Shown here: positions 16,401 to 24,242 of the stretch, piece after piece | How positions within the stretch are numbered: the stretch's first letter is position 1 | Layout of the letters: each line of letters opens with the position of its first letter | Assembly (NCBI GenBank): GCA_045629725.1 | Contig: JAZQRT010000002.1 | Location: forward strand, 1-48,802 | Reading direction: 5' to 3' | DNA: 48,802 nt | Source of the DNA: Eubacteriales bacterium | GTDB lineage: Bacteria; Bacillota; Clostridia; Oscillospirales; CAG-272 | The notes under the pieces: model-generated | Database searches by the model: none | Told to the model about the DNA's origin: nothing | The model's input: only the letters and a program-made list of their open reading frames with translations | Program-made: the position numbers and the translations under genes

Positions 16401-19306
16401 ATAGTCTTACCTGCGGCAACGTCACCGATGCAGGATTCAACGTAGTTCCACTGAGCGGTCCAAAGTGTTTCACCTTCAACCTGTCCCTCAGGAGTCATAT
16501 ATGAACCGTACTGATCCTTTGCTGCAAGGTCGGAAAGGTATGTTCCGTCTGTAAACTTAAGGTCGATGATGACTCTGCAGGATGTGTATTCGTAGTCATA
16601 GGAGTGGATATTGAAAAGTCCGGGGAATATCACGTAGCTGAGTCTTGTATTCTTTGTTACCTTAATATTAAGGTCCTTATAAATTACGTTACGTGCATAT
16701 GTGTTTGTAAATGTAGTTTGCTGACCGTATACGGCAAGACACTTATTGCCCGTCCATGCACCGGGTGTATTGCACTCTGTTGCGATAGGACCAAATGCCT
16801 TTTCTGTTACCATTCCGGGAACTTCCTCGGGAACGAGGGCGTCGTCAACGTAGCTGAATACCTTAAGCTCGGAGAACTGAGTATAGGAGTTACCTCCGTT
16901 TTCAAGTACGTCAAGCTTGTAGTAAAGATATGATGTGTCATTTGCAAATGCAAAGATCTGTTCTTCAAAGTAATCGGAGAATTCAACGCCTGTTCTGCGG
17001 TCAAGCTCTGACCAATTCTCGCCATCGTTAGAGCCGTAGAATACCCATTTCTTGGGAGATCTTGAAATGTGGTCATTTGCGGAGGTGATTGAATATCCCT
17101 TGATCACCGCAGCCTTCTTAAGGGCAAAGGAGATCCAGAAGGATGATCCGGGAGCACATACCTTTGTGGATGTTTTTCCGTCGAATATGTACTTCTTGCT
17201 TTCGCTTCCGCCGTTATCCTGAGAGCCTTTAATCGTAGAGGTATCAACCTCCTCCTCAACGGGCTCCTTGCTTATTCTGCTTTCATCAACAAAGAGCTGC
17301 CATTCGGAGAACTGAACTACCTGAAGTCCGACTGCGTCGGCACCGTTATTGGAGGTGATGTCCAGCTTATAATAAGCATAAGCGGTGCTATTATCAAAGG
17401 TATAGGTGTAGTAAGTGTTTCTCTCGGGCATATCCTCATCTGTACGTACGTCAAGGGCAATCCAAGTTTCACCGTCATTTGAGCCGTAAAGAGTCCAATC
17501 CTTAGGATCGCGGGGATCGTGGTCATTTGCGGATGCGATCTTATATACGTTTACCGGTGCAGGTGCAGAAAGCTTTGCGCTTACCCACAGTGTGCTTACG
17601 TTGGCAATACATACCTTGGTTGCAACAGAGCCGTCAAATATCTGAAGGATACCCTGTGAGCCGTCAAGAGTTGCAGAGCCTTTGACTGTTGAAGTATCAA
17701 ACACTTGCTTAACGGGTTCGGGGACATCTGCCTCGGAGGGATCCTTGTAAGCAAACTGCAATTCGGAGAACTGAATAAGGTCATATCCCCAAGGGTCAGT
17801 TCCGTTGTTTGCGGTCACTTCAAATTTGTAGTATGAATAAGGAACATCATTTTCAAATGTGAAAGGATACAGAGTGCTTCTGTCGGGAAGGTCAACGTCT
17901 GCCTTTTCGTCAAGAAGTACCCATGTTGAGCCGTCATCGGAGCCGTAGAATTTAAAATCCTTGGGATCGCGTGCTTCTGCATCTGCACCCGAGCCGATGA
18001 TGTAGGTGTTAACAACTGCAGGGCTTTGGAGCTTAACACTTACCCAAACAGAGCCTGAATAAGATGTGCAAAGCTTGGTGGCAAGGTTTCCGTCAAAGAG
18101 AGCGTTAAGTCCCTCGGAAGGATTTGAAACATCGGAGCCCTTGATGCTTGATGTATCGACCTTGATCTCATCCTCAGATTCATCCGATTCCTCACCCGAT
18201 GATTTGATAAGCTTCCACTCAGACATATGAGTGATGTCAAGATTTACGTCGTCAGTGCTGTTGTAGCAGATATCTCCAAGCTTATAGTAGGAGTATTCCG
18301 TTGTGTTTTCTATTTTATAGGTATTGGTCTGGAAGAAGTTTTCAAAGTCCTCATCCTCTCTGGTATCAAGCAAGGTCCAATCCGTACCGTTATTGGAGCC
18401 GTAAAGCTTCCAGCTCTTTGGGTCTCTCTTGTGGTGATCGTTACATACACTGATCTGATATGTATTCACTGCAAGGGGAGTTTCAAGCTTAACGGATACC
18501 CAAATACCCTCACCGCCTGTGGCGATCCATTTTGTTGAGGTTGAGCCGTCAAAAAGGTTAGCCTTAACTTCGCCGGAGGTGAAATCTGCAGTACCGTCAT
18601 AGGAAACTACTTTTCCTACAACTGCGCTTTCGTCAACCTTACCGTCGCCGCCGTCATCATATGCTTCGGTAAACAGATCAAGGTTAGAAAACTGAGTAAG
18701 ACTTCCGCCGCCGTTTGCGGTGATATCAAGCTTATACCACTTGTAGGAGGTCTTGTTGTCGAATCCGAAGGTCTTTGTTTGCTGACGCGCGGAGAAAGTG
18801 ATTCCTTCTCTTACGTCGAGCTTGACCCAGGTGTTACCGTCCTTGGAACCGTAAAGAGTCCAGTTTTTAGGGTCGCGGGAGGGCTCGTCATTTGCAGAAG
18901 CAATGGAGTATGAGCGTACAACCGCACTTTTTTCAAGAGCAAATGAAACGTAGATCTTTGAACCGGTTGAAAGGAATTTACTTCCTGTTTTTCCGTCAAA
19001 AAGATTATACTTACATTCGCTTCCAAGGTAGTCATCCGAGCCCTCGATGGTTTCGTAAAGAACCGAAAGTCCCTTACCGCCGCCTGTGGGAGAATCAACC
19101 TTGATTACGTTTGAAAGATACCCGTCTTCGAGAGTGGAAGAAAGGAAAGAGTCATTTCCGTCTTCAAAGGATGTCTCGAAAAGTACCTTGTCTTCTATCT
19201 TTTCCTCGCCAAAAGACAGAAGCGAGCCCGTTGATTGTGCAAGACTCGTGGACATCATTAATAATGCCAAGGTCATAGATAGCACTTTTTTTAAGTTTCT
19301 GTTCAT
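13445..19306 (-). CDS. Cell-wall-anchored multimodular GH92 alpha-mannosidase: signal peptide, 5 tandem F5/8-type-C modules, GH92 catalytic region, 6th F5/8-type-C module, sorting signal
   Basis: RBS AAGGAGG. Signal peptide MNRNLKKVLSMTLALLMMSTSLAQS. GH92 hallmark GYPGDEDNGEMSAWYVFNALGFYP (about 14342-14380). Repeated LFDG..(S/A)TK...ANDxxxRDPKxWxLYGSxDGxxW...YxYYKL...QFSE modules. Confidence 0.8.
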   Translation of the reverse strand: MNRNLKKVLSMTLALLMMSTSLAQSTGSLLSFGEEKIEDKVLFETSFEDGNDSFLSSTLEDGYLSNVIKVDSPTGGGKGLSVLYETIEGSDDYLGSECKYNLFDGKTGSKFLSTGSKIYVSFALEKSAVVRSYSIASANDEPSRDPKNWTLYGSKDGNTWVKLDVREGITFSARQQTKTFGFDNKTSYKWYKLDITANGGGSLTQFSNLDLFTEAYDDGGDGKVDESAVVGKVVSYDGTADFTSGEVKANLFDGSTSTKWIATGGEGIWVSVKLETPLAVNTYQISVCNDHHKRDPKSWKLYGSNNGTDWTLLDTREDEDFENFFQTNTYKIENTTEYSYYKLGDICYNSTDDVNLDITHMSEWKLIKSSGEESDESEDEIKVDTSSIKGSDVSNPSEGLNALFDGNLATKLCTSYSGSVWVSVKLQSPAVVNTYIIGSGADAEARDPKDFKFYGSDDGSTWVLLDEKADVDLPDRSTLYPFTFENDVPYSYYKFEVTANNGTDPWGYDLIQFSELQFAYKDPSEADVPEPVKQVFDTSTVKGSATLDGSQGILQIFDGSVATKVCIANVSTLWVSAKLSAPAPVNVYKIASANDHDPRDPKDWTLYGSNDGETWIALDVRTDEDMPERNTYYTYTFDNSTAYAYYKLDITSNNGADAVGLQVVQFSEWQLFVDESRISKEPVEEEVDTSTIKGSQDNGGSESKKYIFDGKTSTKVCAPGSSFWISFALKKAAVIKGYSITSANDHISRSPKKWVFYGSNDGENWSELDRRTGVEFSDYFEEQIFAFANDTSYLYYKLDVLENGGNSYTQFSELKVFSYVDDALVPEEVPGMVTEKAFGPIATECNTPGAWTGNKCLAVYGQQTTFTNTYARNVIYKDLNIKVTKNTRLSYVIFPGLFNIHSYDYEYTSCRVIIDLKFTDGTYLSDLAAKDQYGSYMTPEGQVEGETLWTAQWNYVESCIGDVAAGKTIEKICVYFDMEEAEDASKFITFFDDLKIEDKAEVVYEHLSDYINILRGTNNDIAFSRGMCTPGVTLPGGFNFFTPVTNADSATLPYTYQQSGKGNPIDSISIIHAPNFWIGSYGSFQFMANTSVDTSAGTSGVKSADISSSNREAAFTHMNEKANAHHYSVTLADGSAASGVTIEVTPTLHGAYVKFTFPKGSDNVNVIFDSLWGSGTLKFSEDKKTFTAKTNHGSPAMYVYGEFDQTPADASVVSSKQGIVSFADGTTVVTMKLATSFISYAQAEHNLDLEITDNDNFDSIFNKAQKEWDDLCGIFEIEGASYTELTSFYSSLYRMYAFPSLFAENEGTNEDVKWVHASPYKNGIKTDGIMYTNNGFWDTYRTAWSGYALFTPTRDTDYLNGMVQHYIDSGWMPRWLGPGAVNCMVGTSSDIIFADAYIKGITFNYKAAWESMIRSASSYSSNMASGGRKENNFAPYVGYIANDNPVTGDFVQEAYSSSIEGYINDYGLYRMAEAMGLEAEAEYYLTRCMKYVLLFHEEADFFMGKSSSGVWSSRADGFNPAQWNGDKYDFTESVGWVNAFPAVFDGQGMINLYGGEEALAAKLDKLFDDSIAAMKNVVELSSVHHEISEFKEVKMGQYMHNNQPAHHVIYTYAFSSTPYKVQEYTREVLRHVYVGSEIGQGYPGDEDNGEMSAWYVFNALGFYPYSVGSGEYVIGSPLFDKVTIHLENGKDVVIVANNNSDENIYIQSAKVNGEEYNKMFLTHELLTGGCTIEFEMGSKPSDWGNNSEKPTSLTTGDTTSAGIEDLSTKNNVTTEIENFNKLFDNNSLTYTEIKDGDSIVFDSGSANVSIVTLTSYNKDKAPTGLTVEVSNDGENWISVYENNEISFIFDKLITPFQIPEDMRGNYRYYKLTLKGGTNLAEVEFIGAEGTDLDEIPDETPEVTPDETPEVTPDETPEKPPVTGDMTVLFIVVAVVLALAIIFLIFRKKIIPQK
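13448..13552 (-). other. C-terminal sorting signal of (S/P)PxTG type
   Basis: PPVTG (13538-13552), then hydrophobic DMTVLFIVVAVVLALAIIFLIF, then basic tail RKKIIPQK. This is the classic tripartite sortase-substrate architecture. Confidence 0.6.
13553..13621 (-). repeat. 24-nt in-frame tandem repeat encoding a PDETPEVT stalk (about 2.9 copies)
   Basis: Encodes PDETPEVT PDETPEVT PDETPEK directly before the sorting signal. The nucleotide units differ at wobble positions. Confidence 0.8.
16856..19063 (-). repeat. Array of five tandem F5/8-type-C (discoidin) modules inside the GH92 gene (approximate bounds, residues ~82-817)
   Basis: Five units of about 140 aa each, with the LFDG...TK(W/L/V), ANDxxxRDPK.W.LYGS.DG..W and Y.YYK(L/F) motifs. 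The units are diverged at the DNA level. Confidence 0.7.
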
Positions 19307-19362
19307 ATTTTCCTCCTTAAAAATTTTATCGATGCGTAATAACGCATAAAGTACAGTTTGAA

Positions 19363-20184
19363 TTAAGCCTTTGCCACGGAGCCGAATATTCTCATTTTTT
19401 CTTCAGTGGTACGCTTTACAGCCTCGCACATATTGGGAATGAGATCCGTCATGGCAGATCCCTCGCGGTATGTGTCTACAGCGGCTTTTGCAGCGGCTTT
19501 ATTGATATCGGTAAAGATGTTGACCTTGCTGATGCCTTTTTCGATACAGTCCTTGAATTGCTTGTCGGAAAGTCCCGAGCCGCCGTGAAGAACAAGTGGG
19601 ATATTTACCTGAGCTTTGATCTTCTCGAGAAGCTCAAGATCAAGGCAGGGCTTTTTAAGGTAGGGGCCGTGTACTGTTCCGATGGATACGGCAAGCGCAT
19701 CGACCTTTGATTTTTCCGCAAATTCAAGGGCAAGAGTGGGGTCTGTGAGAAATCCCTCGTCATCTCCCGTTCCAACGTGTCCGAGCTCCGCTTCAACGGT
19801 TACTCCTTTTTTGTGAGCATATTCTGTAAGCTCTGTAACCTCTCTAAGGTTTTCTTCAAAGCTTCTGTCAGAGCGGTCATACATTACGGATGAAAATCCA
19901 AGCTCGATAGCTTTTATGGTTGTGTCAAAGGTTGTTCCGTGGTCGAAATGAAGAACAACGGGAACCGAGGCTCTTTTTGCCATGGGGAGAAGGAGATATG
20001 ATAATTCCTCAAGTGCTCCAAAGGGAAGCAGAACCTCTGCCGTACCTACGATCACGGGTGATCTGAGGGCTTCGGCTGCTGCGAAAACGCCTGTTGCGAG
20101 CTCTAAGTTTATGGTGTTGAAAAGTCCGACTGCATATTTTTCTTTTGCGGCGGGGATAAGTACGTCATTTAAGTTTACGAGCAT
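19363..20184 (-). CDS. Class II ketose-bisphosphate aldolase (fructose/tagatose-1,6-bisphosphate aldolase family)
   Basis: MLVNLNDVL..AKEKYAVGLFN N-terminus, VVLHFDHG, ELGHVG, LVLHGGSG motifs. RBS AAAGGAGAA. Confidence 0.8.
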   Translation of the reverse strand: MLVNLNDVLIPAAKEKYAVGLFNTINLELATGVFAAAEALRSPVIVGTAEVLLPFGALEELSYLLLPMAKRASVPVVLHFDHGTTFDTTIKAIELGFSSVMYDRSDRSFEENLREVTELTEYAHKKGVTVEAELGHVGTGDDEGFLTDPTLALEFAEKSKVDALAVSIGTVHGPYLKKPCLDLELLEKIKAQVNIPLVLHGGSGLSDKQFKDCIEKGISKVNIFTDINKAAAKAAVDTYREGSAMTDLIPNMCEAVKRTTEEKMRIFGSVAKA

Positions 20185-20203
20185 GATATTTCTCCTTTAT
20201 TGT

Positions 20204-21157
20204 TTATGTAAAATCTTTTTCATCAGTTATTCCGATTCGGCGAAGGGTATCTGAAAAACTTTTTATTCCTGCTGATGCTCCGCGTTCCTCTATACAGCAA
20301 GCAGAAACCAAAGAGGCAAGCTTTGCCGAGCGCTCATAGCTCCAGCCCTTTGCTATACCGTATAAAAATCCCGAGCAGAACGCATCTCCCGCACCTGTTG
20401 TATCAACGACATTATCACACTCACATATGGGCTGATAAAATCTCTCATTTCTTGATTTGCAAATAAGTGCGCCTTCTTTGCCGAGCTTGATAACAACGCT
20501 TTTGCAACCATGGTCGAAGAAGAAATCTGCCATTTTTTCAGGATCCGTTTGACCTGAAAACGCAGCGGCTTCTTCTCGGCTTGGCATGAAAAGATCGGTC
20601 ATGGGAAGTGCTTCTTCTATCTTTGGAAGCCATACACCGTCCTTGTCCCAGGCAGTGTCCATAACTGTCATTTTACCAAGAGATTTTGCGTATCGGAAGA
20701 AATCTGCAAGTATCTTTCCTTCAAAGGAGGGAATGATCATTTCACCTGCAACAAATACAATATCAGCTTCTTTTACAAGCTCATCGGAGATATGCTCTCT
20801 TGTGTATTTTGCGGCAGATCCCGGGTAATAAAGAAACGATCTTTCTCCGGTGGAATTAATAAGCACAACAGAAACTGTTGTTGCAACGTCTTTGTCTTTG
20901 ATGACACCGTTTGTCGGGAGTCCTTCTTCTTCAAAATAGTCAAGAAGCATCCTTCCAAAAGGATCATCGCCGATAAGACAGGACAAAGTGACCTCTGCAC
21001 CCAGCTTGTGAAGATCAAGAGCAGCATTAACAGCACAACCGCCGGGAAGTGCGCGAACACCTTCAACACCCTGCAGTACACCTGCGGGAGGAAGTGAATC
21101 AACAGGATGCATCAACACATCCACAGTAACGCTTCCAAGTGATAGAATTTTTTTCAC
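20204..21157 (-). CDS. PfkB/ribokinase-family sugar(-phosphate) kinase
   Basis: C-terminal VVDTTGAGDAFCSGFLYG signature. I prefer the GTG at 21157 behind AAAGGAAAA; the track's ATG at 21214 has no RBS. Confidence 0.75.
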   Translation of the reverse strand: MKKILSLGSVTVDVLMHPVDSLPPAGVLQGVEGVRALPGGCAVNAALDLHKLGAEVTLSCLIGDDPFGRMLLDYFEEEGLPTNGVIKDKDVATTVSVVLINSTGERSFLYYPGSAAKYTREHISDELVKEADIVFVAGEMIIPSFEGKILADFFRYAKSLGKMTVMDTAWDKDGVWLPKIEEALPMTDLFMPSREEAAAFSGQTDPEKMADFFFDHGCKSVVIKLGKEGALICKSRNERFYQPICECDNVVDTTGAGDAFCSGFLYGIAKGWSYERSAKLASLVSACCIEERGASAGIKSFSDTLRRIGITDEKDFT

Positions 21158-21239
21158 CTTATATTTTCCTTTCTGATGTGAATTAAAGTAATCAACAATC
21201 TGTGGGGGAACCATAACGCAAATTGCAATTATATTACTT

Positions 21240-21740
21240 TTATTTTGTGATTAAAGCCTTAATATTGGGCATTTCGGTGTGTATCCGGGGAGCCGTTAAC
21301 ATAATGTGACACAACTCATTTGCTTTTATTGTATAATTTGTCATACCGGCTCTACTGTCTCCATGTACATCCTCAACGTAAAGATCAATGCTTGATATCA
21401 TATTGTGTAGCATTATATCCGCAAAAAATCCTTCCAAATCATTTAGGCGACCGGTCTGTATTGCCAACAAATCTTGTTGCCCAAAACCAATACCACTGTA
21501 TATATCATAGCACTCATTACTCAATGGATTATCCGTAATTTCATAAACAAGATAATCTCCCGCCGAAAGATCACACAGATTCATTTTCTTCAAATGAGTT
21601 TGTGATAGATTCGAACTGAATTTTAGTCCAAATTTATATTCGACAGATTTGAGTACCATATCATATGCAAAATTTTGCACCTCATCTATGTTGTATTTTT
21701 TGTTGAAATTAAACTTTCCATAAATCCAAGTGTGTGCCAT
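21240..21740 (-). CDS. Hypothetical protein, no recognisable motif
   Basis: 166-aa ORF that is AT-rich, has a weak RBS, and has no TM segment or signal. The coding call rests on ORF length and the absence of a competing frame. Confidence 0.45.
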   Translation of the reverse strand: MAHTWIYGKFNFNKKYNIDEVQNFAYDMVLKSVEYKFGLKFSSNLSQTHLKKMNLCDLSAGDYLVYEITDNPLSNECYDIYSGIGFGQQDLLAIQTGRLNDLEGFFADIMLHNMISSIDLYVEDVHGDSRAGMTNYTIKANELCHIMLTAPRIHTEMPNIKALITK

Positions 21741-21939
21741 ATTTTTACCCCGTGTAAGATACAGATGTACAGCACATTATCATGCTGAGAGTAAATAATA
21801 TCGATAAATTGCGTTTGATTTTTTTTATTTTGGTTTTCCTCAATAATTTATTAATTGTCTCTATGTTTTAGTGTAACATATAATAAACATTTCGTCAATA
21901 TTGTTTTAACGGAAAATATATAAATTTCTCCACTTGGTC

Positions 21940-21968
21940 TTGATTTTTTTTCGATTTAGATATATAAT
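21940..21968 (+). promoter_or_regulatory. Sigma-A promoter for the DUF2284/Cys-rich gene pair
   Basis: TTGATT (21940-21945), 17-nt spacer, TATAAT (21963-21968), 28 nt before the ATG at 21996. Confidence 0.55.
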
Positions 21969-21995
21969 ATACTCAGTACAAAACAGGAGTTAGAA

Positions 21996-22535
21996 ATGAG
22001 AACCGTGATAATTGAGAAGGCAAGCCAATCCCCATTTTTAAAAGCTGAGATAATCGAAAGTGAAAAGCTTGTTTTTTGTTCTGAATTCAGAGAGTATTGC
22101 CGTGAAAACCGATGCGGGAAATACGGAGTGAACTATTCCTGTCCTCCTGATTGCGGTACCTTTGAAGAAATGAAGGAAAGGGCACTTAAATATAAAAACA
22201 CGCTCGTGCTTCAAAGTTCATGGAAGATCGAAGATTTTACAGCGACCGATAAAATAGACAAAGCTAAAAAGGAACACAACGGCGCTACTCTACGTCTTGT
22301 GAAGGAACTTCGGGAAATGGGATTTTCGGGAATTATGGCAGGGGCAAGTAATTGCAACCTATGTCCTGTGTGCGAGAGAGAAAAAAGCGCTTCCTGTAAA
22401 TTTCCCGAGCTTAGTTTTTCCTGCCTTTCCGCTTATTGCATAAACGTTGCTGCTCTTGCCGGAGAGTGCGGAATGGATTATCAATACAAAGACGGTATGC
22501 TTTCATTTTTCAGTGCATATTTTTTCAATTTATAA
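21996..22535 (+). CDS. DUF2284-like predicted metal-binding (Cys-rich) protein
   Basis: CSEFREYCRENRCGKYGVNYSCPPDCG motif, plus a later CNLCPVC...C...C cluster. Confidence 0.6.
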   Translation: MRTVIIEKASQSPFLKAEIIESEKLVFCSEFREYCRENRCGKYGVNYSCPPDCGTFEEMKERALKYKNTLVLQSSWKIEDFTATDKIDKAKKEHNGATLRLVKELREMGFSGIMAGASNCNLCPVCEREKSASCKFPELSFSCLSAYCINVAALAGECGMDYQYKDGMLSFFSAYFFNL

Positions 22536-22553
22536 AGTTATGTGGAGGTTGTT

Positions 22554-22823
22554 ATGAAAAATTCCAGTAAATATTATAAAAACACTGATTGTGAATATTT
22601 CCCCTGCCATAAGGTGACGGGTGAGTTTTTCAATTGTATGTTTTGCTGTTGTCCCCTTTATCCGCTTGGAGATAAATGCGGAGGAAATTTTGTGTATCTT
22701 GAAATGGGTATCAAGGACTGCTCAAACTGTACCGTTCCTCACAGAGAGGGAGGATATGATTACATACAGTCCAAGCTTCGCGAGGTCTCGGAAATGGCGA
22801 AGAACAACAGAGAGAAAAAATAA
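22554..22823 (+). CDS. Cysteine-rich small domain protein (zf-like, PF04071-type)
   Basis: ATG at 22554 behind GGAGG. Motifs: DCEYFPCHK...FNCMFCCCPLYPL..CGGNF...DCSNCTVPH. Confidence 0.6.
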   Translation: MKNSSKYYKNTDCEYFPCHKVTGEFFNCMFCCCPLYPLGDKCGGNFVYLEMGIKDCSNCTVPHREGGYDYIQSKLREVSEMAKNNREKK

Positions 22824-22835
22824 AAAACGATAGAT

Positions 22836-22877
22836 AAAACACCTTGCGAACCTTGAATGGAAAGCAGGGTGTTTTTA
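22836..22877 (+). terminator. Intrinsic terminator after the Cys-rich gene
   Basis: Stem aaaacaccttgc (22836-22847) / gcagggtgtttt (22864-22875) with one G.U pair, then a T-run. It abuts the citXG stop. Confidence 0.6.
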
Positions 22878-22882
22878 TGATT

Positions 22883-24211
22883 TTATATAAATTTAAAGTT
22901 TTCAATTTCCGCAAGGAAATATGTGACGGCAAGCAGGTCTGCCGCGCCTCCCGAAGAGAGATTTCTCTTTATGAATTCAATGTCCATGAGCTCGACATCG
23001 GAATTATCGGGAATTCCTTCGGACAATAATTTTTTTGCATAATTTTGTACAAACTTCAGTCCGTCCTCGCCGCCGCGGGAGTAAACGTTTGTATCGTAAA
23101 TACAGGCAATAAGATTGAGGAGTGCAAAAACTCCGGAATCATTTTTGCTTTTTCCCTTAGCAAGTGCCTTTTTATATGCAGGTAGCGAAATATTTTTGAC
23201 TGATGGAAAGCCTTCGGCAACCTCTCCGCGTATTCCCCGTATACCCTTTTCAAGATAAAGTCTTCCGCCTGCTGTTGCCCCATCGATTTCGGCAAAATCG
23301 CGCTTGGTGGATTCTTTAACAAGCAGGGCACATTCTTTGAGTATTTTGTCGGTTTCGGAGCGGGGATTTTCGGCGCTCCAAAGTCTGCCTACAGCACATA
23401 AAAGTACGCCCATTGAATATACCATGCCTTTGTGGGTATTGATTCCATTGGTGGCGAGGTACATGTTTTTTTCCCCTTCTATTCCTGCAGTTCTCAGCTT
23501 TTGAAAGGTATCGTCATGAGATGCCCCGCGGCTTTCAATACCTATAGCTACAGCTTTTTGGAAATAGGGTAAAAGTGACTCTGCGCTTTTTATAAAGGTT
23601 TCAATATCCATGTCCTTATGACTGCCGCTGTTATTTGAGTCAACAAGTCCGGGCTTCGGTGTTGTAATAACCTCGGCTATAAGACAATCCCTTGCAAGAG
23701 AAGAAATAAGATCGCTATCAAGCAGGGTAAAATGCTCGGTTATGATCTTTGTTGTTTTTTCCTGAAGCTCACTGACGCTGTGGGCTCTGCTTGCGGAGCA
23801 ATATCTGCCCGTTTTTCCGCAAATAAGACACCTGCGTTCGGTTCCTCTTTCAAGCTTTTTTTTGTTGTATAAAACGTCCATGTCAAAAAGACGCCCAAGA
23901 GAACAGGAGTCTTCAATTTCCGTGCAAATATCCTTGAGCTCTGAGGACGGTGCTTCAACCGAGTAATAGGCAACGGGACCGCATATATTATATTCCACTT
24001 GCTTTTTAAGAACGGGATATTCTCTCAGTGCCTTGTCAAGATAATAAAGTCCCTGGCGAAACGCCCTTTCAATTTTTGGAGAGGTTTTTTCGGGACCTGC
24101 GATATTCATAGTAAAGCAGATGAGCGGACAAGGGTATTCCCTTTGTAATATTGCCTGATGACGTGCACGTTCTTCACGGGCGTCAAGAAGCTGTGCTAAA
24201 GTGATTTCCAT
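22883..24211 (-). CDS. citXG: Fused CitX-CitG: apo-ACP 2'-(5''-phosphoribosyl)-3'-dephospho-CoA transferase + triphosphoribosyl-dephospho-CoA synthase
   Basis: The N-terminal ~165 aa are CitX-like (LLDAREERARHQAILQREYPCPLICFTMNIAGPEKT). The remainder is CitG-like (ITTPKPGLVDSNNSGSHKDMDIETF...NTHKG...GGAADLLA). Confidence 0.8.
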   Translation of the reverse strand: MEITLAQLLDAREERARHQAILQREYPCPLICFTMNIAGPEKTSPKIERAFRQGLYYLDKALREYPVLKKQVEYNICGPVAYYSVEAPSSELKDICTEIEDSCSLGRLFDMDVLYNKKKLERGTERRCLICGKTGRYCSASRAHSVSELQEKTTKIITEHFTLLDSDLISSLARDCLIAEVITTPKPGLVDSNNSGSHKDMDIETFIKSAESLLPYFQKAVAIGIESRGASHDDTFQKLRTAGIEGEKNMYLATNGINTHKGMVYSMGVLLCAVGRLWSAENPRSETDKILKECALLVKESTKRDFAEIDGATAGGRLYLEKGIRGIRGEVAEGFPSVKNISLPAYKKALAKGKSKNDSGVFALLNLIACIYDTNVYSRGGEDGLKFVQNYAKKLLSEGIPDNSDVELMDIEFIKRNLSSGGAADLLAVTYFLAEIENFKFI

Positions 24212-24242
24212 GTTTTTGTATAACCTGAGCCGTAGGCTTTAA

